Assembly: GCA_048882485.1 (NCBI GenBank)
Contig: JBHLRP010000003.1
Span: 64,001 to 128,000 of the forward strand
Reading direction: 5' to 3'
From: Candidatus Thorarchaeota archaeon
Lineage (GTDB): Archaea > Asgardarchaeota > Thorarchaeia > Thorarchaeales > Thorarchaeaceae
DNA: 64,000 nucleotides
The position numbers and the translations under genes were made by a program. The notes under the pieces were generated by a model. That model saw only the letters and a program-made list of their open reading frames with translations, was not told where the DNA came from and did not search any database. Positions 20,629 to 30,098 of this stretch are shown here, piece by piece. Position 1 is the stretch's first letter, and each line of letters opens with the position of its first letter.

Positions 20629-20925
20629 CTATTTCAATCTGATAATGTATCCTGGCTGAAGAATCCATTCCGAGCGGCATTTCGGGCATTTTGAAGGACG
20701 CTTAGCAGATTTTCTCTTGGCAAATGCATATCCACATTTACCACAGCTAGCTGGACGAATAAGCAGTTCTTTGCCTTTATGCTTCAATGATAATGCAATA
20801 TGTTCGATGTCTTCATAGACAATTACTCGATGCTTGATATCTAGTATGTTGCATATGTCTTGAGCTGTAAGAGGTACGTCTGTTTGCTCTAGAAGCTCAG
20901 TGATTCTCTCTCGTCTAGTTAGCAT
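20629..20925 (-). CDS. wHTH + Zn-ribbon transcription regulator (PF0610/COG3357-like)
   Basis: TRRERITELL...VYEDIEHIA, PASCGKCGYAF, PSKCPKCRSEWI; start placed at internal ATG 20925. Confidence 0.85.
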   Translation of the reverse strand: MLTRRERITELLEQTDVPLTAQDICNILDIKHRVIVYEDIEHIALSLKHKGKELLIRPASCGKCGYAFAKRKSAKRPSKCPKCRSEWILQPGYIIRLK

Positions 20926-21008
20926 TTCTAGCTCGTGGATGACGAGAGAACGTGATATAGTTTCGGTGTCCTCTCCAAGAGGTCTAAATGTGTTCAATGC
21001 CATAGCAG

Positions 21009-22322
21009 ATGATAGGAAGTCCCTATTGTTCGCAAGTACAATGGAAGGTGAAGATGCTGGCGCAGATGCGTCTCGAAAAGGCTCCTAATGGAGCCAACCA
21101 GATGTCGTACGATGAGAGAGTCTGTTCCAGGTGTATGGGTCATAGGCATCTGTGCGGTATCAATCCTTGTCCTCTTCTAATGCGAGCCAAGGCACTGAGT
21201 AGAATTGAGAGTGCAGTTACTGGATTAGACCTGACGGGGTCATCACCTCCATCCATATTTGTGGGTGAGCAGGGATACCCGAAAGTCCTAGCTGGACCTC
21301 TGATTCCTCCACTGAAGGGTCGAGATGCAGCCATCATGGAACGACCGGATTTATGGTTGGAAAGGACTATTGATGAGATTCTCTCCTTCCGATTCAATCT
21401 TGTAAGAACCAAGAAGCTAATTCCGGTGGATGCAGCCTCAGACCCGCCGAGAATCCTATCAGAAACCCAGACACTTGCACTCTCAGAAACTCCTACTACC
21501 TCCGAAGCCACACTTCTCAAACGACCTAGCTTCACAAGTGTGTTCTCAGAACTGACTCTTCCAACTGGACCTTCTGCTCCTCTTCAGCTATTTGTGCTTG
21601 AAGACAATCCCGACGTACCCAGAGCAGTGGACAAGGCGACATCAGATACAGACTTGAAGGCCGTGGGTGGAATAATGGAGATGTTTGAGGGTGGTGTCCA
21701 CCAGCAACAGATGACTCGACTTCTGTCTGTTGGTCTTTTGGGTGAACAGAGAAATCGTCGATTGGTGCCCACAAAATGGAGCATTACTGCTGTTGATGAT
21801 ATCGTTGGTAAAGAGCTTCACAAGCAAGTCCTGCGTTTTCCATGGATCAATGACTATCTAGTCTTTGTCGATCATGCTCTTGGAAACACTGTTGCCCTCC
21901 TCTTTCTACCAAGTGGTTGGCAATTTGAGGCAATGGAGTCATGGCTAGGGGGTCTGAATCCACCAATCATTACTGATAATGAATGGTTTCGAGGAAGAAA
22001 GGACTACGCTAGCTCAGTTGTTGGGGCTTACTATGCAACAAGGCTACCTTCTCTTCAATATCTCAGGAAGATACGCAGGCAGGCAGGCGTGATAGTCTTT
22101 ATGGAGATTGATCCTCAGCTATGGGTTCCCCTTGGAGTCTGGCGTTTCAGGGAAATTGCAAGAAGGGCTCTCGAATCCCAGACGAAGAGGTTCTCCTCTC
22201 TCGATGAGGCGCTTAATGAGATTGGCACGCATTTAAGGAATCCAATTGAGAGATGGCTCAAAGTGAGTAAGCTCTATAGAGAGTTCACAACTCAAACACT
22301 CATCACTGATTTCGTCGAATGA
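21009..22322 (+). CDS. nreA: Nre family DNA repair protein
   Basis: CSRC-x5-LCG-x2-PCP, SPPSIFVG-x2-GYPKV, RRLVPTKWSITAVD, GAYYA-x-RL, PLGVW, C-terminal PIP box QTLITDF; start may be about 30 codons downstream. Confidence 0.9.
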   Translation: MIGSPYCSQVQWKVKMLAQMRLEKAPNGANQMSYDERVCSRCMGHRHLCGINPCPLLMRAKALSRIESAVTGLDLTGSSPPSIFVGEQGYPKVLAGPLIPPLKGRDAAIMERPDLWLERTIDEILSFRFNLVRTKKLIPVDAASDPPRILSETQTLALSETPTTSEATLLKRPSFTSVFSELTLPTGPSAPLQLFVLEDNPDVPRAVDKATSDTDLKAVGGIMEMFEGGVHQQQMTRLLSVGLLGEQRNRRLVPTKWSITAVDDIVGKELHKQVLRFPWINDYLVFVDHALGNTVALLFLPSGWQFEAMESWLGGLNPPIITDNEWFRGRKDYASSVVGAYYATRLPSLQYLRKIRRQAGVIVFMEIDPQLWVPLGVWRFREIARRALESQTKRFSSLDEALNEIGTHLRNPIERWLKVSKLYREFTTQTLITDFVE

Positions 22323-22381
22323 ATCATCTAGATGCATCGTACATTTTTCTTTAAAGCAAAGATTCGTTAAGTGAGCGGAGA

Positions 22382-23743
22382 TTGAAAATGCGCGCCCACA
22401 AAATTCGATATCTTGCGCTACTTAGCGCTAGCTTATTGCTTCTACCATTTATCTCTCTACCAGGAGTTGCTGGATGGGAATCTGGTGATGAAGCTGCAAT
22501 CTTTGGACACACCTTCGATGAAGAATACTGGACTAACAGCTCATTGTTTATTGAAGGAGATGATGGGGGGAATGCAACGCTCACTGCATCCTACGTTGGT
22601 GTAGGAGAGTTTGATTCATTCCTGATTGCATTCAATGAGATCAACACGAATGATGGTCAAAGACTCATAATTCCCTATCAGTTGTTTGGAATGCATTTCA
22701 CAACCCCCAATGACAATGAAGTCTTCATTGCCGCAGTGTTTGCTTTCCTTCTGGCTCACAATGAAACCTATGGTGATAATAATCTTCCAGACATGGGTCA
22801 TGACGCCGCCTGGTATGTAGTGCCTGTGGCGAACAACAATCCATGGCCTGAATTTGTACCAGCTGTAGAATCTATCCCTGCGGCCAAATTAGGCGATGGC
22901 CATTATCGTTTTGGAATGCGATATACAAACATGCCTGTTAGAATAGTTGCTGCCAACTCAACCCCTGCAGCCTTCTGGCTCACATTGGGCATTCCTGTGC
23001 TAACAATGCTTGTTAGCGAGCTTGTGATAGAATATGATATTACAATTGGCGCTGATGGAGTAGTCAATGCTGAAACTGTATATACCATAGGCCAAGCAAT
23101 GAAAGCGAAGTGGTGGGGACTAGCTGATCAAGACCCATCTGAGATTATTGTTCCGTCAATGGCAATAACTGCAGTGCATTATCTTTCAGTCTTCACATCG
23201 AACTATGAAGTCAGAACATCAGACACCAATACTTTGGTAGATCCAACGGGGACTGAACCACTGGATGAAGATCTCGACATCACTATCGGAGATAGTGACA
23301 GAGCTTTCAGCATCGGTATTGGACGCGAGTATTCACTCGTGAACGAATCTACCAATCCATGGACAACGGTATCTACGGGTGAAACAGCACTCAATACACT
23401 TCTTGAAGCTCGTCCCGCAGATTTCTTCTTGATCTTATGGCAGGCTCCCCTCTCTATCTGGCTGTACGCTCACATGGCATTTGGACTGTCTGAGCGGGTT
23501 AGAAACATGTACAATAGCCCACAGCAGCTGGTTGTCAATGCAGGTACTGCATTTGATGATGATCAGCTTTGGTACGGTGTGACATTTCCTGAATGGAATG
23601 GGCTTCGGATTGAACAAGATCCTACGTATACAGCGTACACTAACCTGGCAGCAGGGACTATGCCCACCGGACGCGGTGCTGGAATCATTGTTCTTGCTGG
23701 AATTGCAATTGTCGTAATTGTGATCCTAATTCGAAGACGCTAA
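22382..23743 (+). CDS. Secreted, C-terminally membrane-anchored surface protein
   Basis: Signal peptide, acidic beta-rich body, several N-x-S/T sequons, C-terminal TM plus RRR. Confidence 0.75.
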   Translation: MKMRAHKIRYLALLSASLLLLPFISLPGVAGWESGDEAAIFGHTFDEEYWTNSSLFIEGDDGGNATLTASYVGVGEFDSFLIAFNEINTNDGQRLIIPYQLFGMHFTTPNDNEVFIAAVFAFLLAHNETYGDNNLPDMGHDAAWYVVPVANNNPWPEFVPAVESIPAAKLGDGHYRFGMRYTNMPVRIVAANSTPAAFWLTLGIPVLTMLVSELVIEYDITIGADGVVNAETVYTIGQAMKAKWWGLADQDPSEIIVPSMAITAVHYLSVFTSNYEVRTSDTNTLVDPTGTEPLDEDLDITIGDSDRAFSIGIGREYSLVNESTNPWTTVSTGETALNTLLEARPADFFLILWQAPLSIWLYAHMAFGLSERVRNMYNSPQQLVVNAGTAFDDDQLWYGVTFPEWNGLRIEQDPTYTAYTNLAAGTMPTGRGAGIIVLAGIAIVVIVILIRRR

Positions 23744-23754
23744 GACCAGCATAT

Positions 23755-23797
23755 TGGGTCCCCCGCTTCTTGATTGAGGGGCCCATTCTTCTTCTTT
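23755..23797 (+). terminator. Hairpin with pyrimidine tract
   Basis: TGGGTCCC...GGGGCCCA followed by TTCTTCTTCTTT after the stop codon. Confidence 0.5.
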
Positions 23798-23848
23798 CGG
23801 GCAATTTAAGAGATGAGCGGACTGCCTAGCTACTAGAGGAAAGATGCC

Positions 23849-25375
23849 TTGATGTATGAGCGGCTATGCAATCTATGCGCTCGAATTCCCCCTTTTTCCT
23901 CATTTGGTGCGCGGAGAGAGGATCGAGAGCTTGCAAAAGCAGTCAAATTCCTTGAGACAAAGATACATGTTAGTACATCGGGTGTCTTTGCAGCTTCATA
24001 TTTCACTTCAACCTCAGTATTTGTCATTTCAATCATAGTCTTCGTTCTGCTGGACGCAAGCATCCTGATATCTTTGCCAATATCCGCTATTGCATCTGCG
24101 ATAACCTACTTCGCCGTAGTGTCGTATCCTGTTTCAACCATGAATAGCTATAAGCTCAGTATATCCGAAGAAGCGGACCTCGTTTTCGAGCAATTCATCC
24201 TTGTCTTTCAAACCGGTGGCACAATTTTTGATGCAATAGAAATGGTGGCTTCATCCGATCACCCCTTCTTGTCAAAGGTCTTCCTGGAGATTATGGAGCA
24301 GATTCAAGGTGGCACGCCTCCTGAAACATGTCTGATGGAATTTGCCAAGAATCAGCCTTCTGATGATTTGAGGAGATATGTAATGGGCATTCTCTCGGCT
24401 CTAGAACAAAAGACTGAACTCTTAGACCTCCTTTCAGGGGAGTCTTTTGAAGCCGACATGACGCTGCGCCAGAAGAATCTGGAGCTTGAGAGCCGTCTTT
24501 TGGTCGTAGCAGCACTTGCCACATATATACCGATAATGCTTACTCTGGCAGTTTCTCTTGCGGGACATGCCACCAATCTCATGGTTCTTCTGCTGGCTCC
24601 AATCCTAATTGGACTCAACTCACTATTGAAAACAAGATTCTCAAGTCAATTCTCTGCATATTTCGATAGACCCAATCGTGAGAACGTGCTATTCCTTCAT
24701 CAAAGTCAAATTGTCGCAGAATATGATGAATTCCTGAACTTCCTTATGCTGCTATCAGAACGTCTGAGATCCGGCGACACCCTGGAGGTGGCTATCCAAT
24801 CTATCCGCGACGACGTCGCAGTTGAGATACAGAAGCTTATTGATCCAGTTATTAATTCCATTTCATGGGGAGGGGGAAGTATTGAGGAGGCCATGGCAGA
24901 TGCTGCTAAGATGGCACTGGGTCAGCGAGTTGCAAATATGATCAGGATGATAACGGTGATGTGCGCGACATCAGCAACTGATGCTGGTAATCGTCTTTCA
25001 AGGATAGCGGCTCGTTTAGTGAAGCGATCAGCTGTGGCAAAGGAACGCGAGTCAATTATCGCGGCTCAGCGTTTCAAGGTATATCTATTGAGCATCACCA
25101 GCTCACTAGTCTTGGGTCTGCTCTCCGCTCTTTCGCCCTACCTATTCATTGGATCTTTGTTGACTGAAGGACCTACTTGGAGCGCAGGTGACTTATCGCT
25201 ACTGAACATCCTGCCTTTGTTTGCCACCTTACTTGTCACGACAATATCCACAGGTTACCAAAACACAAGTATGGTTGGCGGTAGACGTCCAATCCTAATG
25301 GGCGCCGTTTGCGGACTTCTATTCTGGGCAGCTTTCATGCTTTCATCTGCCATTCTGGGGATAGAAATTGTGTGA
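23849..25375 (+). CDS. Type II secretion F / TadBC / ArlJ-like pilus platform protein
   Basis: Two T2SSF-like domains (QTGGTIFDAI...GTPPETCL; LRSGDTLEVAI...SIEEAM) with TM helices. Confidence 0.75.
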   Translation: MMYERLCNLCARIPPFSSFGARREDRELAKAVKFLETKIHVSTSGVFAASYFTSTSVFVISIIVFVLLDASILISLPISAIASAITYFAVVSYPVSTMNSYKLSISEEADLVFEQFILVFQTGGTIFDAIEMVASSDHPFLSKVFLEIMEQIQGGTPPETCLMEFAKNQPSDDLRRYVMGILSALEQKTELLDLLSGESFEADMTLRQKNLELESRLLVVAALATYIPIMLTLAVSLAGHATNLMVLLLAPILIGLNSLLKTRFSSQFSAYFDRPNRENVLFLHQSQIVAEYDEFLNFLMLLSERLRSGDTLEVAIQSIRDDVAVEIQKLIDPVINSISWGGGSIEEAMADAAKMALGQRVANMIRMITVMCATSATDAGNRLSRIAARLVKRSAVAKERESIIAAQRFKVYLLSITSSLVLGLLSALSPYLFIGSLLTEGPTWSAGDLSLLNILPLFATLLVTTISTGYQNTSMVGGRRPILMGAVCGLLFWAAFMLSSAILGIEIV

Positions 25376-25432
25376 CATAGGTTTTTTAGAAGCGATGGTG
25401 AAGGTCGTTTCAGTAAGCAAGAGGTGTAAAGC

Positions 25433-26086
25433 ATGCTTCAATTCGAGATTTTCGACCTCACCCTAGCTGAAATTGTTGCCTACTTCCAGAATGATGTTGT
25501 TATTGCTTGGGTGCTGATCGGCTCTGGTGCTCTCGCTGCAGCATGGCTGCTTGAGAATATTACAGATCCAATTCCACTTCTCGGAACTATATTCGACGGG
25601 TTGGTGGCAATCAGTACCTATCTTGGCTTCTTTGTAGGCATTCTGGATATGTGTGTAGGCTATGTTGTATGGGCAGCGAATCCAGACGCAGTGATTGTGG
25701 CCGGGCTTCTCGTCCTCATTGGTTTCGCATTGAGTATGAGACTGCTCTCAAAGTTTCCTATCGCGCTTCTTCTGTCCTTAGGCCTAGCTTTGTTCGGCAC
25801 ATTTACGCTCTATGGAATTCTCACTCCTTATGCAGATGCCCCCGTCATAGGTGAATACGTCACACAGATTATATCTTTGAAATGGATGGCAGTTATTGCT
25901 TTCATTATCTTCGCTGTGGTATACCTTCTAAGCGGCCTTCTGATCAAGTTGATTCAACTAATCGGAAAGGTGTTTGCAGCAACTCCGGTCATTGTATTGA
26001 TTGGACTTGCAGCCCTTGGAGTGGGACTTATCATCTTCTTTGCCCCAGAGATGGTTGGACTAGGTGTTGCCTGGCCATCGCCATAA
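25433..26086 (+). CDS. Hypothetical multi-pass membrane protein
   Basis: 217 aa hydrophobic, GAGGTG ribosome-binding site. Confidence 0.7.
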   Translation: MLQFEIFDLTLAEIVAYFQNDVVIAWVLIGSGALAAAWLLENITDPIPLLGTIFDGLVAISTYLGFFVGILDMCVGYVVWAANPDAVIVAGLLVLIGFALSMRLLSKFPIALLLSLGLALFGTFTLYGILTPYADAPVIGEYVTQIISLKWMAVIAFIIFAVVYLLSGLLIKLIQLIGKVFAATPVIVLIGLAALGVGLIIFFAPEMVGLGVAWPSP

Positions 26087-26091
26087 TGCTT

Positions 26092-26124
26092 GAGGGGACC
26101 TGTTCCCCTCCTTGCATCTTTTTC
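26092..26124 (+). terminator. Hairpin terminator
   Basis: GAGGGGA-CCTGT-TCCCCTC then T-tract, between convergent genes. Confidence 0.55.
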
Positions 26125-26136
26125 TATCAAGTCAAT

Positions 26137-26397
26137 TCACATGGTTCGAGGGCGTCTTATCTCTCTGATGTACAGGAACTTGATAGAGAGATCCGAATAG
26201 AACTTGGCGGCATTGTCGATGCTCTTCTTCGCCTCAGTGATTCCAGAATACCAGTCTGAAACATAGAATCCCTTCTCACCAAGGTCACCAGATGCTAGTC
26301 GCGTGAATCCATCGGGCAATTCAAATCCCACAGGTACAAACATTGCTACCCTGAATTCACTGTTATTGGTTTCAAGCCAAAGTTCACAATACGACAT
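26137..26397 (-). CDS. Hypothetical protein
   Basis: 86-aa ORF with globular composition. Confidence 0.6.
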   Translation of the reverse strand: MSYCELWLETNNSEFRVAMFVPVGFELPDGFTRLASGDLGEKGFYVSDWYSGITEAKKSIDNAAKFYSDLSIKFLYIREIRRPRTM

Positions 26398-26588
26398 TCA
26401 TTCACAACTCTGCTCAATTTTCCCTGCTTAGAAGATTAAGGTTTGCCTGTGTAGATATGCCACAATAGCGCGTCCCAAAGAGTTCAAATAGAAGAAGTCA
26501 TGTGAAACTAACAAGACTCAGTAGAATCAAATACACTCTATGATAGATGAATGTGTCACAGGGCAGAAGACACGGAGGATAGGTCAAG

Positions 26589-27233
26589 TTGGCGCTCAGG
26601 TTCGAACAATCAACACTCATGAAAGAGAAAGCTGCAATCGAGAAAAAGGATGAATCTAGCCGCTCGAAGCAAGAAAAGGAGAGGTTGCAGGAAATCAATG
26701 ATTTGCTCAAGAAGAAAATCATCAGTGTGACTATGAGTCAGGCGCTGGTGAATCGCATTGATGAGCTTGTTCATGAAACTGTTGGTAGGTCTCGAGCTCA
26801 ACTAATCGAGGATGCAGTACGATGGTTCTTGGACTATTCCGTGCATAGATGGACTGACCTCGGTCTATATGTAACTGGTTCTAGAGTTGTATTGGAATCG
26901 GAAACCATGAATTCATTCTTCTTCTCAAAGCTAACTCCATCGGATCAGTACGAGCTTGGTATAACATCAGGTAGTCAATCAGCAATCGGGGATGTTATCA
27001 CATTATATCATGGAACCGATCCATCAGATAAGGATAGTCGAGGCCTTATTCTTACACTGCTTCAGAACTTTGGGTGGGGCTTTCTGAAAATGCAAAGCGA
27101 TGACCTTCTTGTCATAACAAGCCCCTTCTATCCAGCTCCATTCATACAAGGCTATCTTGAAGCGCTGCTAAAGGTCAAGCTAGAACTGGTTGACACTGCA
27201 GGGAAAGATACCGTCGCCCTTCGATTCAAATAG
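26589..27233 (+). CDS. Ribbon-helix-helix (CopG/NikR-like) regulator with a V4R/HNOX-like C-terminal domain
   Basis: ISVTMSQALVNRIDELV...RSRAQLIEDAVRWFL; FGWG and PFIQGYLE. Confidence 0.7.
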   Translation: MALRFEQSTLMKEKAAIEKKDESSRSKQEKERLQEINDLLKKKIISVTMSQALVNRIDELVHETVGRSRAQLIEDAVRWFLDYSVHRWTDLGLYVTGSRVVLESETMNSFFFSKLTPSDQYELGITSGSQSAIGDVITLYHGTDPSDKDSRGLILTLLQNFGWGFLKMQSDDLLVITSPFYPAPFIQGYLEALLKVKLELVDTAGKDTVALRFK

Positions 27234-27256
27234 CTCGAGTCTTGCAACTCAGCAGT

Positions 27257-27682
27257 CTACCATTCCTCACCTAGTTCAAGTATTTCGAACTCTGCATCAT
27301 ACAGTCCTGGAATGCTTTCTATGGTGCTTCTAATGGTTGGCTCCTTCTGCCTGATTTCATCTGCTGCAAAATATACCTCATAGACACATCGATTCTCCTC
27401 GAAGCAGAATCCTGTAGTGAACAGCACCTTGAGGTCATGAGCCTTAAAAAGCTGAGTCATAGTTTGCATGAGGGCAGGATTGACCTTCTCGACCTCGAGT
27501 CTGACACGTGCTCCACCCTCCTTCATCATCGGAATGAGTCTTATCTCTCCCGACCTCTCAAAATAGATTACCATTGCAGCTTTCATGTCACCAAGTTCTG
27601 GATTATTGAAGAAGTCCTCTGGAAGGGTAATCGCCCGCTTCTTCTTGACATCTGCAATCATACCTTTAGTTAGCCCGGCCAC
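27257..27682 (-). CDS. Possible AbrB-like + ACT-domain regulator
   Basis: VKKKRAITLPEDF...GEIRLIP followed by a beta-alpha-beta-beta-alpha-beta pattern. Confidence 0.5.
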   Translation of the reverse strand: MAGLTKGMIADVKKKRAITLPEDFFNNPELGDMKAAMVIYFERSGEIRLIPMMKEGGARVRLEVEKVNPALMQTMTQLFKAHDLKVLFTTGFCFEENRCVYEVYFAADEIRQKEPTIRSTIESIPGLYDAEFEILELGEEW

Positions 27683-27831
27683 GCCAATCGCCTCTGCCTA
27701 TTAACTGGTTGAATGCACTGGTGTATTTGAGTCTTCGTCTTGCTTATACCCATGTCGAGAATGATTTCAGAAAGCCATAAATCAGGAGTTGAGGCTGCTG
27801 CATCACCAATCTACACGGAGAACTACGAATT

Positions 27832-27954
27832 ATGGGAAAGGAAGGAGAACTATACGTCTGTGACATCTGTCAGCAAGTTGTACGAGTAGTGAAATATGGG
27901 GCTGGAACCCTGGTTTGTTGCGGTCAACCAATGCGACTGTTTGAGGACGACTAG
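27832..27954 (+). CDS. Stand-alone desulforedoxin (40 aa; not in ORF track)
   Basis: MGKEGELYVCDICQQVVRVVKYGAGTLVCCGQPMRLFEDD*: CxxC...CCGQPM signature; GGAG upstream. Confidence 0.9.
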   Translation: MGKEGELYVCDICQQVVRVVKYGAGTLVCCGQPMRLFEDD

Positions 27955-28003
27955 AACGAAGGTTGACCTGCAAATCTTGTCAGGCAGAAGAGTGCTGCTT
28001 GAT

Positions 28004-28014
28004 AATCTTTATAT
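28004..28014 (+). promoter_or_regulatory. TATA-like element AATCTTTATAT upstream of rpo5 copy 1
   Basis: Identical 11-mer recurs at a similar distance upstream of copy 2. Confidence 0.55.
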
Positions 28015-28060
28015 GACAAGCTGAATCGGCGACTGCTAGACCTTCTTTGGGTGTGTTTCC

Positions 28061-28615
28061 ATGATAGAGTTTCCAAGCAATGTGATAAAGACTAGGAACC
28101 TTCTCAACCTTCGAGCCTATGCAGTTGAGGACTTGCTCGAATATGAGAATCGTTTTGAGATGCATCCGATTAAGAAATTAGAAGACGGGACAATCAAGTC
28201 CGTTGTATGGATTCTGAAAGAGCCTCGCGTTGTAGGGATTGCGCTAGTCAAAGATTTGGTGAAAAAGATGGAAGAGGTTCAGGCACAGGAGGGCATCCTA
28301 GTAGGTGGGTCTAGATTCACACCAGCCGCAAAGAAGCATGCCATGGACATGAGGGTTGAACTTGTCTTGGGTAACTATGCATCATTTGATCTGTTCTCAC
28401 ACGAGCTCGTTCCTTCGCATACCATTGCTGATGAAGATGAAGTGTCTCTAGTCATGGAGCATTATGGTATAGCCCGCGACCAAATTCCTCGAATCCTAAG
28501 AAACGACCCAGCTGTGAAAGTTCTAGGTGCCAAACCTGGGCAAGTAGTCAGAATCGAACGAGATAGTGATACTGCTGGAGGAGTCTATTATTACAGACTA
28601 GTAGTCACCTCCTAG
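28061..28615 (+). CDS. rpo5: RNA polymerase subunit Rpo5/H with N-terminal Rpb5-jaw-like domain, copy 1
   Basis: C-terminal FDLFSHELVPSH...QIPRI-x2-NDP...GAKPGQVVRIERDSDTAG-x2-YYYRLV; about 105-aa N-terminal domain (GILVG-x2-FTPAAKK). Confidence 0.9.
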   Translation: MIEFPSNVIKTRNLLNLRAYAVEDLLEYENRFEMHPIKKLEDGTIKSVVWILKEPRVVGIALVKDLVKKMEEVQAQEGILVGGSRFTPAAKKHAMDMRVELVLGNYASFDLFSHELVPSHTIADEDEVSLVMEHYGIARDQIPRILRNDPAVKVLGAKPGQVVRIERDSDTAGGVYYYRLVVTS

Positions 28616-28666
28616 AATCAAATTTTCTTTCAAATACTGCTTCCTTTGCAAAAACCCCTAGTTGGG

Positions 28667-28677
28667 AATCTTTATAT
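28667..28677 (+). promoter_or_regulatory. TATA-like element AATCTTTATAT upstream of rpo5 copy 2
   Basis: Identical to 28004-28014. Confidence 0.55.
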
Positions 28678-28717
28678 CTCGCGCCTAGAATTGCGTTGTA
28701 ATTTAGGGTGTTTTCTC

Positions 28718-29278
28718 GTGGTTGAATTCCCGACTTTAGTCATGAAAACCAGAGGTCTCCTTACTCTTAGAGGCTACCTTGTAGAAGAATTGCTGGAATA
28801 CGAGGACCGGTATGTGATGCATCCTACAAGGGAGTCTGAAGATATCACCGTTAAATCAGTTGTATGGATTTTCAAGGTGCCAAAAGTAGTAGGAGTGGCT
28901 GTTGTTAGGGAACTAGTGAAAGCGATGGAGGAAGCTCAAGCACAGGAGGGTATGCTTGTAGGGGGCTCTAGAGTCACACCAGCGTCAAAGAAGCTCGCTC
29001 GCGAAATGCGTGTGGAGCTTGTGGAGGGAGGCTATTCATCATTTGACCTCTTTGGCCACAGTCTTGTTCCGAAACATGTGGTTGCAGATGAGGAAGAGGT
29101 TCAACTTGTTCTTGACCACTACGGCATCAGAAGATCACAGCTGCCTCGAATCTATCGGACTGATGCCGCCGTCAAGGTACTGGGTGCAAAAACAGGCCAG
29201 GTGATTCGAATCCAACGTGAGAGCGATACTGCAGGGCTCTCCTATTACTATCGTCTCATTGTTGACCCAGGACGATGA
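28718..29278 (+). CDS. rpo5: RNA polymerase subunit Rpo5/H with N-terminal Rpb5-jaw-like domain, copy 2
   Basis: HSLVPKH...QLPRIYRTD...GAKTGQVIRIQRESDTAG-x-SYYYRLI; GTG start at 28718 inferred by alignment with copy 1. Confidence 0.9.
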   Translation: MVEFPTLVMKTRGLLTLRGYLVEELLEYEDRYVMHPTRESEDITVKSVVWIFKVPKVVGVAVVRELVKAMEEAQAQEGMLVGGSRVTPASKKLAREMRVELVEGGYSSFDLFGHSLVPKHVVADEEEVQLVLDHYGIRRSQLPRIYRTDAAVKVLGAKTGQVIRIQRESDTAGLSYYYRLIVDPGR

Positions 29279-29280
29279 GA

Positions 29281-30060
29281 TTAGAAAGCTACTATGCCCA
29301 TTGCCATTCCAGCAAATAGGAGGGCTACGCATGTAATGAGAGGTAAGAGTATATTATCCGTCCCCTTCGGGCTCAAGGCTTCTACTATGGTAGCAATGAA
29401 GGCACCTATCAGCGCTAGCACTAACATCTGAATCCACAAGATATTGCCGCCGCTCGCAAAAACGCCATAGTTCACAATGCCAAAGAACCAGAACGCCAGG
29501 AGCGCCCCGAAGAATCCAAAAATCAGAACAGCCGCGCATCCATGAGGACTCCGTTTGGAGCCAAAGATGACTCGACATGAATTGATTCCATACCTCATAC
29601 CGATAGGTGCGCTCATTCCATCTCCCAGCATCATTATGTGTATGGCTGCCGCTGGAATGAAGTAGAGATTTTGATATCCCGTTATAGTAAATACAGCTGT
29701 TAAGATGGTTATTGACACAGCATACCAGAGTGGTCCTCGAACACTTCCATGCTCTAGGTCCTCAGGTCTAGCCATAGCTTCAAAGAATCTGCTGAAGCGT
29801 TCATGGTTTGCGAGTGCCAGCATCAAAACAAATGTGAAACCTACAAGAGTGGCTACCCACGGATGGGGAAAGTATGGTACTGCCCAGATTGCGAATCCGG
29901 CAAACAGATGAACAATTCTTCTAGTGAATTCAGGCCTCCAATTCATCTTGCGCCTTGCCAAGTCAGCAACTGTGAGTACAATCACCGCATAAAGGAGTGC
30001 GATAAAGTAAACTGCGATATCCCCAAGCTCGATTGCAAATCCTGCCTGCATCGAATCCAC
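29281..30060 (-). CDS. Dolichol/phytol kinase family (CTP-dependent polyprenol kinase)
   Basis: FTRRIVHLFAG, GPLWYA, GDGMSAPIG, KRSPHG, VEALSPKGTDNILLP. Confidence 0.85.
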   Translation of the reverse strand: MDSMQAGFAIELGDIAVYFIALLYAVIVLTVADLARRKMNWRPEFTRRIVHLFAGFAIWAVPYFPHPWVATLVGFTFVLMLALANHERFSRFFEAMARPEDLEHGSVRGPLWYAVSITILTAVFTITGYQNLYFIPAAAIHIMMLGDGMSAPIGMRYGINSCRVIFGSKRSPHGCAAVLIFGFFGALLAFWFFGIVNYGVFASGGNILWIQMLVLALIGAFIATIVEALSPKGTDNILLPLITCVALLFAGMAMGIVAF

Positions 30061-30098
30061 TCACCGAATGCGATTGCCGAATAAACATCTGCTTATAT

